Of a DNA stretch of 64,000 bases, positions 24,758-38,286 are shown one piece after another. Source of the DNA: Eledone cirrhosa (taxonomy: Eukaryota); contig OZ024744.1 in the NCBI GenBank assembly GCA_964016885.1, forward strand, positions 113,088,001 to 113,152,000, given 5' to 3'. The first letter of the stretch is position 1, and each line of letters begins with the position of its first letter. The position numbers and the translations under genes are program-made. A model generated the notes under the pieces. That model was not told where the DNA came from and ran no database searches. It saw only the letters and a list, made by a program, of their open reading frames with translations.

Positions 24758-26389
24758 TCATCATCATCATCATCATCATCATTTTACGTCCGCTTTTCCC
24801 TGCTTGCAAGGGTGGGACGGGTCTTATTCAGCACAGCATCTCTCCACTCGTCACGGTCCCTCGTCATCTCCACCGTGAGCTTCAATGATCTGAGGTCTGT
24901 TCTCACCACCTCCGCCCATGTTTTTCGTGGTCTACCTCTACTACGTCTTCCTTCAACTGGCATTTCCTGGCACTTCTTCACCCATCGGTCATCCTCCATG
25001 CGCATCACATGTCCATACCACCTCAGTCTCCTCTCCCGTACACTACATTCTATCCCTCTCAGACACAGTTTCTCTCTCAACACATTTATGCTGGGTCGTT
25101 CACGCACATTTACACTGCACATCCAACGGAGCATGCTTGCCTCATTTCTCTCCAGCCGTCGCATATCTTCTGCGGTAGCTGCCCATGTCTCACTACCATG
25201 CAGCATCGCGCTCCTCACACAGGCATCATACAACCGGCCTTTCGTACGCAGGGAGAAACCCTTCTTCGTCAACAGAGGAAGCAGCTCCCTAAACTTCTTC
25301 CAACCCGTCCTTATTCTAGATACTATGGCCTCGGAACACCCTCCTCCCATGCTAATCTGATCTCCTAGGTACCGGAAGCTATCCACCACTTCTATAGCGC
25401 CCTCTCGCATTTGAAAAATGTGTCTATCAGTGCGACTTCTACTGTCTAATTTCCCTGTACATCTACTGCATACATATTTCTCCCTACCTGTTAGTTTGCC
25501 TGCTATCCCGCTACATCTCTTGTGTACCCAGGACCTACATTGTGTGCATTTTATAGAATTTATGCCAGTTCCTTTTCTGCATATCGAACATGGCCATTTC
25601 CCTGACGGAATCAGGGTTTTGTCCTCTTTTCTACTCATCAACACTTTTGTCTTAGCTAGATTTACTCTCAGTCCTCTTGCTTCCAACTGCTGTTTCCATA
25701 GCCGGAATTTATTCTCTAGCTCCTCTACTGATTCTGCCATAAGAGCCAGATCGTCAGCATAGAGAAGTTCCCATGGACAGCCAGTCTTAAACTCCTCTGT
25801 TATGGCTTGGAGGACTATAATGAACAAGAGCGGGCTGAGGACCGAACCCTGATGTACTCCTACTTGTATCTGGAATTCCTCACTAAACTCCATTCCTACC
25901 CTGACTTTACTGAGAGTACCTCTGTACAAAGTTTGCACTGTCCTTACAAGCCATTCCTCAACACCCAGCTTCCTTAGGGACCACCAGATGACAGATCGGG
26001 GTACCCTATCAAAGGCCTTCTCTAGGTCAACAAAGGCCAAGTATAGTGGCTTATTCTTCTTAAGAACCTCTCTTGCATTTGTCTCACCAAGAAGAGGGCA
26101 TCTGTTGTACTCTTCCCAGGCACAAAACCAAACTGCATCTCATCTAGTTTGACCCTTTCTCTAATTAGTTGTGCTAAAATCCTTTCTGCCACTTTCATAA
26201 CCTGATCTATCAGTTTTATACCCCTATAATTCCTCCTCTCCAAAGCATCCCCTTTACCTTTGTAGCAATTTATGAGAATACTGCTGCACCAGTCTTTGGG
26301 TATGACACCACCATATATAGCCTGATTGATTATGCGTGCAACCAGTTTAGTGCCTACGTCCCCTGATGCCTTCAGCATCTCAGCAACTA
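24755..26389 (-). mobile_element. 5'-truncated RTE LINE (subfamily B)
   Basis: RT ORFs at 26022-26378 and 24784-26040 are separated by a 1-nt frameshift. The stop codon is directly followed by an (ATG)n tail. Confidence 0.95.
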
Positions 26390-26429
26390 TGACCCTATAT
26401 ATATATATATATATATATAATTATATATG

Positions 26430-26467
<38 letters not shown>

Positions 26468-29162
26468 TTCTAGCTGACTCCGGGCAAAGCCGAGTAACTC
26501 AGCTTCTACATTTAACCTAAGATTTAAATCTAAACCTCTACAGCTTTGTGTGACTGGCTTTCTAGATGTCGTGGAGGAGCTATGTAGGACTTGGGGTTAT
26601 TCATTGCCATTGTGATGCAAATGACGGTGCATGTTGTTTTTTTAATGAAACCTATTGGAGAACTGTCATTTCAAACTTTTCACAAATGTAACTTTCTGTA
26701 GGGAAGCGATATAATTACAATCAGGATGTTCTTAGAGATAATGATGCTGACGCATTTAACGACAAGTGAAATGCAACTGATTTGAGGGGGATTGGCGGAC
26801 GCCATACTTTATGGTTTGAGTTCAAATTCCACCGAGCTTCAGTTTGCCTTTCATCCTTACAAGGTTAAGATAAACTATCAGTTTCACAGTGAGGCGTTTA
26901 ATCCGGACTTGGCCTCACATTATGCGAGAATGTTATTGGGGATAGTTGAAGGTGCATATGCTCTATAACATATACAAGCGATGTGTATGTTACCGAGAGG
27001 TTGACATCTTAAAATATATGTATCACTGAAGATTCGAAGCTCTGGGACCACCCATTATTGGTTCTTCTGTCAAAGTTGAATTACATATGGTATCGTCGAG
27101 TTGATACATGCATGCACGCTAGCAACTTAATGTAGCCATAAATGGTGACTGCCGCCTTGAAACGAACACACAACCTCCACAACAAATCACATTCTTCACT
27201 GCTTTTCAAAACGACTCATCGGACAAACGCCCGACATGATTCGAGGTTAGAGCCGTCTCACTGCACCAGACGTGACATACACCTGAGAAATCGCTTCATC
27301 TTCTTCGACAACAATGACAACCCTAACTCGATTAGTTTCCTATGAAGAAACGATACGAAAGAATGAGAAGAAAAGCTGAACTTTTTGTTAAAAACAAATT
27401 TTTTTTTCTTTTCACGTTCATTTTTTTTTTACTGTATTACATGCCTGCATGCACACATTTTGTCACACACCAACATATTGTTGTGAATGTTCTTGAGTCG
27501 TGTGTATTCAGCGAGATCGTTTTTCATATGTTCTTGATTTGTGTGGGTGTTCTGTGTGATATCCTTTCCTTTGAGGTACGGAAACATGCTATTGACACAT
27601 GCAGCTCAACTCACCTGGACTCACTCAGGAAGCAACAGCTTCGCATCTTGTACTCTCATTGTCATATAGCAAAAACCTCACTTCCCTGACTCACCGGGAA
27701 AGCATTCATGGAATGCTTTCTCAGACGGACCTGCCAACAACTTCCTCCTATATTTTACTCGAAACCGAATCTGAGGTTTCTCGCCTCTGTGACCACAACG
27801 ATGATCCTACATACCACTTGACCAGTGACTCTAGCTTCCTCAGAGACGATATCCACATGGCTGATCATAAATCAACCTCATATACGCATCCTTCCAAATA
27901 TTATTATAAATACAAGGAGACCGAAGTAAGCAGTCGATTTTAAGGTTAACGATGGCCTACCTTCTCAGCTACAGACAGGCATGAAGCAGCAGTCTTTGAG
28001 ACAAATAAAAGTGTCAGGTATGGCTGAGTGGCCGCATTTTAATAAATACTTCTCTGGTTAGGTAAGTTGGCCGTTACCTCATAGTGTTACCCCCATTTTT
28101 GACACTCCTCATAGCGAGCTTCAAAGCTGTGGCTACACAGAATAACATTTGCCCACTACACATTCATAGATATACATACACACACACACACACACACACA
28201 CATACTTTCTTATAAATTAGCACCCAACAAAATCATGTAATAAATGAAATGATTATGAACAATTTATCCGGTGATTTCCAAGCAAATTAAGAAATAACCA
28301 CCATTTATTGGCGAAACAATGTTGACTCATGAGTGTTGCATATATGTTTCAAATAATTAATAATGTTATACTGGTAAGGTCAATAACAACACACACACAC
28401 TAGTTGAGTTTTACTCCAGTTTTATTGTTATTTACGTAACTTAGTTTTAGTGACCAAAAGCTCTTTCATCATTTGGTGACAACCACTTATTTTGTTTTAT
28501 TTACTCCATCTTGTCTTTTTGTAGTCTGTGTGTCTATGTTTATGTGCAGGTGGGTGTCTGCACGTCAGCTGCTCTGTTTGGCGTGTATGTTATTACATAC
28601 TCACCACAAGATGAAGTAAACAGAACTGAACAAAGAGGATGAGATGGAGAGAAGCAAATATAGTCATCAAGACAACAATTATTGATTAGTAAATTAAATA
28701 ATAATAAATTGAAGTGAAACTCAACTGATGTTTTATTGGCAGTATGACAATATCTGCTTCAACACACAATTTCACATCAAGAATGTTGCAAAAGAAATAC
28801 AAAAATGAAATTAATGCTTATATATTTCAATTAATAGAGTGAAACATCAACTCTTTAAGTGGATTAATGATGATTTAACATATTTTTGATTGCTGGCCTA
28901 GCTTAATAAACAAATTAATGAATGATACATAATATGAAATATTTGTTTTTACATACACACATGCTAATATATAAATGCATATACACACAGATAAACATAC
29001 AGCTACACTCACAAGTATTCATTTATTATGGCTAAGTAATAAGTCTTGTTACTTTGGAGTTTTCATCATGTCTGATGATCCTGTAGTATCAAGATTCCTC
29101 ATTTAGCCATAATATATCAGTATCAAGTACTCGTTCTCATGTCTATGAAGTGTATATGTGTG

Positions 29163-29218
<56 letters not shown>

Positions 29219-30365
29219 TACACATCTATACACATAGTGAGAAAGGACAATTTACACAAGCCCCCCCAAATACAATCCCTTCCACCACAAACAACTATTA
29301 CAAAATACACAAAAGCTCATTTCAATTTTTTTTTTTTACACATTTAAAACATTAAAAGTGAATTTTTTTTTGTTCTTTTTATTCTCTCCCATAAAATCAT
29401 CATCATCATCATCATTGACTTACATCTATTTCCCATGCTTGCATGGGTTGTCACATAATAGGACTGGTCAGCTCACCATGTCTAGCTTATATGGATTTGT
29501 TAAATGGGCTAGACACCCATAGGGTGCTTTTTATTGTGTCACCAGCACTACCACTTTACTGGGCTGGGTGCTTTTTGTTGAGAGCATGCACATGAAAAGT
29601 GGAAGGCAGAGGTGGTGGAGGAATCATCATCGTCAAACTGTATGGGCTGTTATAGGAACAAAATACAACCTACTTTATGTTAGTTATATTTAGATACTAT
29701 CAAACAACCAATGAACCTTGATGGAACATATACATCCTTGCTTTGTCAGGCTCAAAATATAAACTGGAGGCAATATATGACTCAGCGAAATATATGATGG
29801 TCTCCTTTGTATTTCTATATTTGATATTGTACAAAAGAGGAGTGAGATATGCAGGGCAATCATTGTCATTGTGCCGGAAATGAAGGTGCCTATCCTTTGG
29901 AAACCAACATCTGTCACAAGCTCTCCTCCTATCTAGAACTTGGAGATCTATCATTAAGTCTGCCACATGCTAAAGATGTCACAAGCTCTCCTCCTATCTA
30001 TGTAATGGAATGAGTGACAGAGACCTACTTCATGGGTTGTAGGGGAGATTTGGCTGCTCTTTCTAGTATGATAGGGTGTATGTTGTGTCTATTATGGCTG
30101 AAGCCAGGTGATGATGAAAGAAATAGCATTATATTAGCTTTTAGAAATGAGGTCGGGGTGTGGTGAGACACATAGGCATAGAGAACTCAAAACAGGTAAT
30201 AAATATAAGGAATGTCATTAGATTTACATCCTTTTTTTTTTTTGACAAAAAGACAAGAGTGGTGGAAGGTTGTGTATATTATTGCAATAGAAATCAGCAT
30301 TTACAGATAGAATGATCCAGATAACTCTTTATAATTCTCTACATCCCCAATATACCTCTACAACT

Positions 30366-33300
30366 CCAACACAACTCTCTCTATATATCCAACACAACTC
30401 TCTCTATATATCCAACACAACTCTCTCTATATATCCAACACAACTCTCTCTATATATCCAACACAACTCTCTCTATATATCCAACACAACTCTCTCTATA
30501 TATCCAACACAACTCTCTCTATATATCCAACACAACTCTCTCTATATATCCAACACAACTCTCTCTATATATCCAACGTAACTCTCTCTATATATCCAAC
30601 ACAACTCTCTCTATATATCCAACACAACTCTCTCTATATATCCAACACAACTCTCTCTATATATCCAACACAACTCTCTCTATATATCCAACACAACTCT
30701 CTCTATATATCCAACACAACTCTCTCTATATATCCAACACAACTCTCTCTATATATCCAACACAACTCTCTCTATATATCCAACACAACTCTCTCTATAT
30801 ATCCAACACAACTCTCTCTATATATCCAACACAACTCTCTCTATATATCCAACACAACTCTCTCTATATATCCAACACAACTCTCTCTATATATCCAACA
30901 CAACTCTCTCTATATATATCCAACGTAACTCTCTCTATATATCCAACGTAACTCTCTCTATATATCCAACACAACTCTCTCTATATAGCCAACACAACTC
31001 TCTCTATATAGCCAACACAACTCTCTCTATATAGCCAACACAACTCTCTCTATATAGCCAACACAACTCTCTCTCTATATATCCAACACAACTCTCTCTC
31101 TATATATCCAACACAACTCTCTCTCTATATATCCAACACAACTCTCTCTCTATATATCCAACACAACTCTCTCTCTATATAGCCAACACAACTCTCTCTC
31201 TATATAGCCAACACAACTCTCTCTATATAGCCAACACAACTCTCTCTATATAGCCAACACAACTCTCTCTATATATCCAACACAACTCTCTCTATATATC
31301 CAACACAACTCTCTCTATATATATCCAACACAACTCTCTATATATCCAACACAACTCTCTATATATCCAACACAACTCTCTCTATATATCCAACGTAACT
31401 CTCTCTATATATCCAACACAACTCTCTCTATATATCCAACACAACTCTCTCTATATATCCAACACAACTCTCTCTATATATCCAACACAACTCTCTCTAT
31501 ATATCCAACACAACTCTCTCTATATATCCAACACAACTCTCTCTATATATCCAACACAACTCTCTCTATATATCCAACACAACTCTCTCTATATATCCAA
31601 CACAACTCTCTCTATATATCCAACACAACTCTCTATATATCCAACACAACTCTCTCTATATATCCAACACAACTCTCTCTATATATCCAACACAACTCTC
31701 TCTATATATCCAACACAACTCTCTCTATATATCCAACACAACTCTCTCTATATATCCAACACAACTCTCTCTATATATCCAACACAACTCTATATATCCA
31801 ACACAACTCTCTCTATATATATCCAACGTAACTCTCTCTATATATCCAACGTAACTCTCTCTATATATCCAACACAACTCTCTCTATATATCCAACGTAA
31901 CTCTCTCTATATAGCCAACACAACTCTCTCTATATAGCCAACACAACTCTCTCTATATAGCCAACACAACTCTCTCTCTATATATCCAACACAACTCTCT
32001 CTATATAGCCAACACAACTCTCTCTATATAGCCAACACAACTCTCTCTATATAGCCAACACAACTCTCTCTATATAGCCAACACAACTCTCTCTATATAT
32101 CCAACACAACTCTCTCTATATAGCCAACACAACTCTCTCTATATATATCCAACACAACTCTCTCTATATATATCCAACGTAACTCTCTCTATATATCCAA
32201 CGTAACTCTCTCTATATATCCAACACAACTCTCTCTATATATCCAACACAACTCTCTCTATATATCCAACACAACTCTCTCTATATATCCAACGTAACTC
32301 TCTCTATATATCCAACACAACTCTCTCTATATATCCAACGTAACTCTCTCTATATATCCAACGTAACTCTCTCTATATATCCAACACAACTCTCTCTATA
32401 TATCCAACACAACTCTCTCTATATATCCAACACAACTCTCTCTATATATCCAACACAACTCTATATATCCAACACAACTCTATATATCCAACACAACTCT
32501 CTCTATATATCCAACACAACTCTCTCTATATATCCAACACAACTCTCTCTATATATCCAACACAACTCTCTCTATATATCCAACACAACTCTCTCTATAT
32601 ATCCAACACAACTCTCTCTATATATCCAACACAACTCTCTCTATATATCCAACACAACTCTCTCTATATATCCAACACAACTCTCTCTATATATCCAACA
32701 CAACTCTCTCTATATATCCAACGTAACTCTCTTTATATATCCAACGTAACTCTCTCTATATATCCAACGTAACTCTCTCTATATATCCAACGTAACTCTC
32801 TCTATATATCCAACGTAACTCTCTCTATATATCCAACGTAACTCTCTCTATATATCCAACACAACTCTCTCTATATAGCCAACACAACTCTCTCTATATA
32901 TCCAACACAACTCTCTCTATATATCCAACACAACTCTCTCTATATATCCAACACAACTCTCTCTATATATCCAACACAACTCTCTCTATATAGCCAACAC
33001 AACTCTCTCTATATAGCCAACACAACTCTCTCTATATAGCCAACACAACTCTCTCTATATATCCAACACAACTCTCTCTATATATCCAACACAACTCTCT
33101 CTATATATCCAACACAACTCTCTCTATATATCCAACACAACTCTCTCTATATAGCCAACACAACTCTCTCTATATAGCCAACACAACTCTCTCTATATAG
33201 CCAACACAACTCTCTCTATATAGCCAACACAACTCTCTCTATATAGCCAACACAACTCTCTCTATATAGCCAACACAACTCTCTCTATATAGCCAACACA

Positions 33301-34187
33301 ACTCTCTCTATATAGCCAACACAACTCTCTCTATATAGCCAACACAACTCTCTCTATATAGCCAACACAACTCTCTCTATATAGCCAACACAACTCTCTC
33401 TATATAGCCAACACAACTCTCTCTATATATCCAACACAACTCTCTCTATATATCCAACACAACTCTCTCTATATATCCAACGTAACTCTCTCTATATAGC
33501 CAACACAACTCTCTCTATATAGCCAACACAACTCTCTCTATATATCCAACACAACTCTCTCTATATAGCCAACACAACTCTCTCTATATAGCCAACACAA
33601 CTCTCTCTATATAGCCAACACAACTCTCTCTATATAGCCAACACAACTCTCTCTATATAGCCAACACAACTCTCTCTATATAGCCAACACAACTCTCTCT
33701 ATATAGCCAACACAACTCTCTCTATATAGCCAACACAACTCTCTCTATATAGCCAACACAACTCTCTCTATATATCCAACACAACTCTCTCTATATATCC
33801 AACACAACTCTCTCTATATATCCAACACAACTCTCTCTATATATCCAACGTAACTCTATATATCCAACGTAACTCTCTCTATATATCCAACACAACTCTC
33901 TCTCTATATATCCAACACAACTCTCTCTCTATATATCCAACACAACTCTCTCTCTATATATCCAACGCAACTCTCTCTCTATATCCAACACAACTCTATA
34001 TATCCAACACAACTCTCTCTCTATATATCCAACACAACTCTCTCTCTATATATCCAACACAACTCTCTCTCTATATATCCAACACAACTCTCTCTCTATA
34101 TATCCAACACAACTCTCTCTATATATATCCAACACAACTCTCTATATATATCCAACACAACTCTATATATATCCAACACAACTCTCT
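30366..34187. repeat. 23-bp minisatellite, roughly 165 copies
   Basis: Unit CCAACACAACTCTCTCTATATAT, with CT/TA slippage and CGT or TAG variants. Confidence 0.96.
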
Positions 34188-34775
34188 ACATCCCCTATAT
34201 ACCTCTCTACATCTTCTATATACCTCTCTACACCTCCAATATAACTCTCTACACCTCCAATATAACTCTCTACACCTCCAATATAACTCTCTACACCTCC
34301 AATATAACTCTCTACACCTCCAATATAACTCTCTACACCTCCAATATAACTCTCTACACCTCCAATATAACTCTCTACACCTCCAATATAACTCTCTACA
34401 CCTCCAATATAACTCTCTACAACTCCAATATAACTCTCTACACCTCCAATATAACTCTCTACAACTCCAATATAACTCTCTACAACTCCAATATAACTCT
34501 CTACAACTCCAATATAACTATCTACAACTCCAATATACCTCTCTACATCTATATACCTCTCTACACCTCCAATATAACTCTCTACAACTCCAATATAACT
34601 CTCTACAACTCCAATATAACTCTCTACAACTCCAATATAACTATCTACACCTCCAATATAACTATCTACACCTCCAATATAACTCTCTACAACTCCAACA
34701 TAACTCTCTACAACTCCAATATACCTCTCTACAACTCCAATATAACTCTCTATATATCCAACATAACTCTCTACA
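34188..34775. repeat. 21-bp minisatellite
   Basis: Unit CTCCAATATAACTCTCTACAC, related to the adjacent 23-mer. Confidence 0.92.
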
Positions 34776-34938
34776 ATCCCTCACCAACAAACTATTACAA
34801 CATACCATTAATTTGTAGTCACTCTAAATATACCCAACTCCTTCCACACACTCACATTTTCTCATATACACACACACACTAAATGACAAAATATGCTAAT
34901 GCCAAAACAATGTATTGTGGTCTATCCAACTAAGAAAA

Positions 34939-34997
<59 letters not shown>

Positions 34998-34998
34998 C

Positions 34999-35149
34999 TT
35001 TATTATGACTAAGTGTAGAGTCCTTTTACTTTGGAGTTTCACATGTATACACACAGAATCATCAGACAAAACAAGAGTCTTGTTTAGTCTGATGATCTTG
35101 TAAGTACACATGTGAAACTCCAAAGTAAAAGGGCTCAACACATAATAAA
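34999..35149. repeat. Imperfect palindrome with hammerhead-like cores on both strands
   Basis: The arms are reverse complements. Each reads CTGATGA..GAAA CTCCAAAG TA. A related piece lies at 29041-29080. Confidence 0.55.
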
Positions 35150-35203
35150 TGAATACTTAAACTCTACTTCAGTATTGAGTACTATTTCTTACACTAGTCA
35201 ATA

Positions 35204-35279
<76 letters not shown>

Positions 35280-35332
35280 ACATATATATTTACAAAATAG
35301 TGCTTTATTTGAAAATTACTGCAATGTGAATA

Positions 35333-35437
35333 ATTGTTTCTACTTTTGGCACAAGGCCAGCAATTACCCAGTGCATTACTGGTACTTTATTTTATCGACC
35401 CCGTAAGGATGAAAGGCAAAGTTAACCTCGGCAGGAA
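35333..35437 (-). mobile_element. 3' half of the tRNA-derived SINE
   Basis: Reverse complement of the core and tail of 54500-54684. Confidence 0.85.
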
Positions 35438-35872
35438 TGTGAATAATATTATCATGTAACATCCACTGTGTCTGTTGGAGAGGTCTACTGGATACTAAAG
35501 AGGTTGTTACACCATGACACAATCCATTTTAGGTATGATTTCTACAGCGGGGTGCCCTTCCTGTCATCAAATATTTTACAGGATGTACCAGGTACATTTT
35601 CGTGGCACCACATCTATAATACTAACAATGATGTTGTGATGCTACCATGCTACAGTTTTTACAGGTCTTGATATTTCGGGATAAAATCATTTCATCAAAA
35701 CGTTAAGAGTTCTATATCTGTTAATCAAACATGGCAGCTTAAGAGTGGAAAAAATATATTTCTAACATTCACCATCCAATTCACATTGTGGTAGCCTTCA
35801 AACGAACTACTATTTCTTTCATTTTACTACTTCAATCTAACTATGACACTCATATAAATATGTATATATGGA

Positions 35873-35918
<46 letters not shown>

Positions 35919-36061
35919 TATATGGAGACATATATATATATATATAGGTATATGGAGACATATATGTATATATATTCAAAATAGGAGGCACACAGGACAA
36001 AGGCAATGGAAAAAAATAACGGAATATATATATATATATGCAACGTTGAAAGAGTTAGAAG

Positions 36062-37238
36062 GCTAAACAATGCAAAATGGACTGTAAGATAAGGTAACGA
36101 AAAGTAAGTTACCTGGTAATCTTTGTTTTGTTTTTTTTGCTGTTCTTTCTTCTGTCCTAATATTTCGGGACTTAAAATTCCTTTCTTCAGAGAATAATGT
36201 TCCAGTTTCTTCCTTTTGGGATTAAATTTTGATTTAAATTTCCTAAGTTGTTTTCAAACGTTTTTTATCATTATTTCGCTATTCGCAAGAATGACGTCAA
36301 TTGCCAATGTTTTCAATTTAGTACGAGATGTTTAGTTTGTGTGCCTGTGGGTGAGTCTTTTTATATTAAGTACTGTGTGCTGAGTTCTAATCTATTATTT
36401 ATTTGTGGGTTGAGTCTACATATAAGCAAGGCTTCCTTAATTCTTAGATAGCCCACATTTCTATCTCTAGCTTTAATAGTAACGTAAAATGTTGGTTGAT
36501 GTTTCTACATTTGTCAAGGTGTTCTTTAATGTGAGTGTGGAGTGCTCGAGGCATCTACCAATGTCGAACTCCTTACATTTGTTGCATTCAATTCAGTATA
36601 CTACATGTGTCCACTGGCACATACCTGTGTCGTGGATAGGGCAGTTAGTCAGTGAGTATTGATTGTTGTTGTCTCTGGATTGCTTTTTAGACAGGAATCC
36701 ATGCAGTGAAGGGCCGGAGAGTGCTAACTGTATGTCCAGTCCTTCTTTGCGGATAGCTGAAATGTGGTACTTTCATGAAGCAGGTGTTCTGCCTGCGATG
36801 CTGATTTTTAAGACAAGTCACTGTGGATGTTGGGTATCCATTCATCTTCAGTACATCTATGAAGTGTGCAGTGTGAGTGATTTGGTCCTCTGTCTTGCTT
36901 CATTTTTTCTGGATACGCGTAAGTTCATTTCTTATGTATCTGGTTTTAGCACCAAGGGAGGTTTCATGAAATACTACATTGGCAATTGACGTCATTCTCA
37001 CAAATAGCAAAATAACCATAAAAAACGCTTGAAAATAACTTAAATTTAAATCAAAATTTAATCCCAAAGAGAAGAAATTGGAACATTATTCTCTGAAAGT
37101 TCCTGAAACCCTGAAGGGGCTTTTAAGTTTCAAAAAATTGGACAGAAGAAAGAACAGCAGCAACAAAAAACAAAACAAAGATTATGAAGTAACATTTTTC
37201 GTTACCTCATCTTACAGTCCATTTTGCATTGTTTAGCT
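36062..37238 (-). mobile_element. PLE remnant: GIY-YIG C-terminus between inverted pseudo-LTRs
   Basis: 36062-36310 is an inverted repeat of 36977-37238. The minus strand reads HVVY*IECNKC, HIKEHLDKC and LRIKEALLICRLNPQINNRLE. A degenerate hammerhead lies at 36156-36192. Confidence 0.75.
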
Positions 37239-37424
37239 TACTATCTCTTTCCACATTATATATCATATACAATGTTTCAAGCAAACTGCAATGTTTTACA
37301 TATATATATATATATATATATATGTGTGTATATCACATACATATATGAATGTTTTTTTTTAAAGAGAATTGGAAAGAAATCACAGTTAAATAGGGTACTC
37401 AATACGTGAGTAGAGAAGATAAGT

Positions 37425-37562
37425 ATTTATTTTATATAGAAATGATTTCTACAGGACTAGAACTGTTTCATTCATGAAATCATCAGGAATGTATATTTCT
37501 GATGATTTTATATGAAGGAAACAGTTCTAGTCCTGTAGAGCTTATATCTATATAAAATAAAA
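37425..37562. repeat. Imperfect palindrome with degenerate CTGATGA..GAAAC cores
   Basis: TCTACAGGACTAGAACTGTTTC..TCATCAG pairs with CTGATGA..GAAACAGTTCTAGTCCTGTAGA. Confidence 0.75.
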
Positions 37563-37736
37563 ATTATATATATATATATATACGTGTACATATGTGTGTA
37601 GCTTGCTATCATCAGGCAATATACTGAATGTTTTATAGTTTGGAATAATAGAGCTATATTTAAAGTTCAGCTCAAAGATGAGGTTTTTGAAGGCGTGAAT
37701 CAAAGGCTTGCAAATTTGAACACAGCATTTAGCAAA

Positions 37737-37859
37737 TTATGTGGTAATATCTCCATATTGTTGGTTCCATTTGTCATATTTTTCAAGACTTTCTGGGGGT
37801 ACACTCCTTCGAATCTTTTTTAAGGATTCCAGAAAATCAATCATTTGTATTCTCCGAAC
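37737..37859 (-). CDS. SPAST: Spastin, last coding exon (123 nt)
   Basis: ttttcctaatag|[40 protein letters not shown], the spastin C-terminal helix. Confidence 0.93.
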   Translation of the reverse strand, partial: VRRIQMIDFLESLKKIRRSVPPESLEKYDKWNQQYGDITT

Positions 37860-38286
37860 CTATTAGGAAAAGAAACAAATTAAAATTAAGACATAGCTAT
37901 AATTACTTTGTCAATTTGCATCTCAAAGCTTCACACAATACATTATTTTAAAATTTTAAACGACTAAAAGCCCAAACAATGCACATAAAGGATTAAAACA
38001 GGGTTTTATTCAAAATGTTCAGTGAATCAACTTTTTGCACTGGATTTCTGATAAGGCTGCACCTTACTACAATCAAGCCCTCTTAGACAGTGGTTTTAAA
38101 GACAAAATTAAGTACATACCCAATCATTCTCAACCCAATAGAAATACTAATAGGAAAAGAAGAATTATCTAGTTCTCATGCCACTTTTCCCTTAAAGTAG
38201 GTAGAAAATTTTAGATTTAATAGCTAGCCAACATATATATAGTAAAATATTCAATTGTAACATCAAGATATTCTATTCATGTGGAC

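Noticed and set aside
29690-29966. Possible host exon
   Set aside because: No recognisable homology or clean splice sites. More likely a decayed LINE 3' region.
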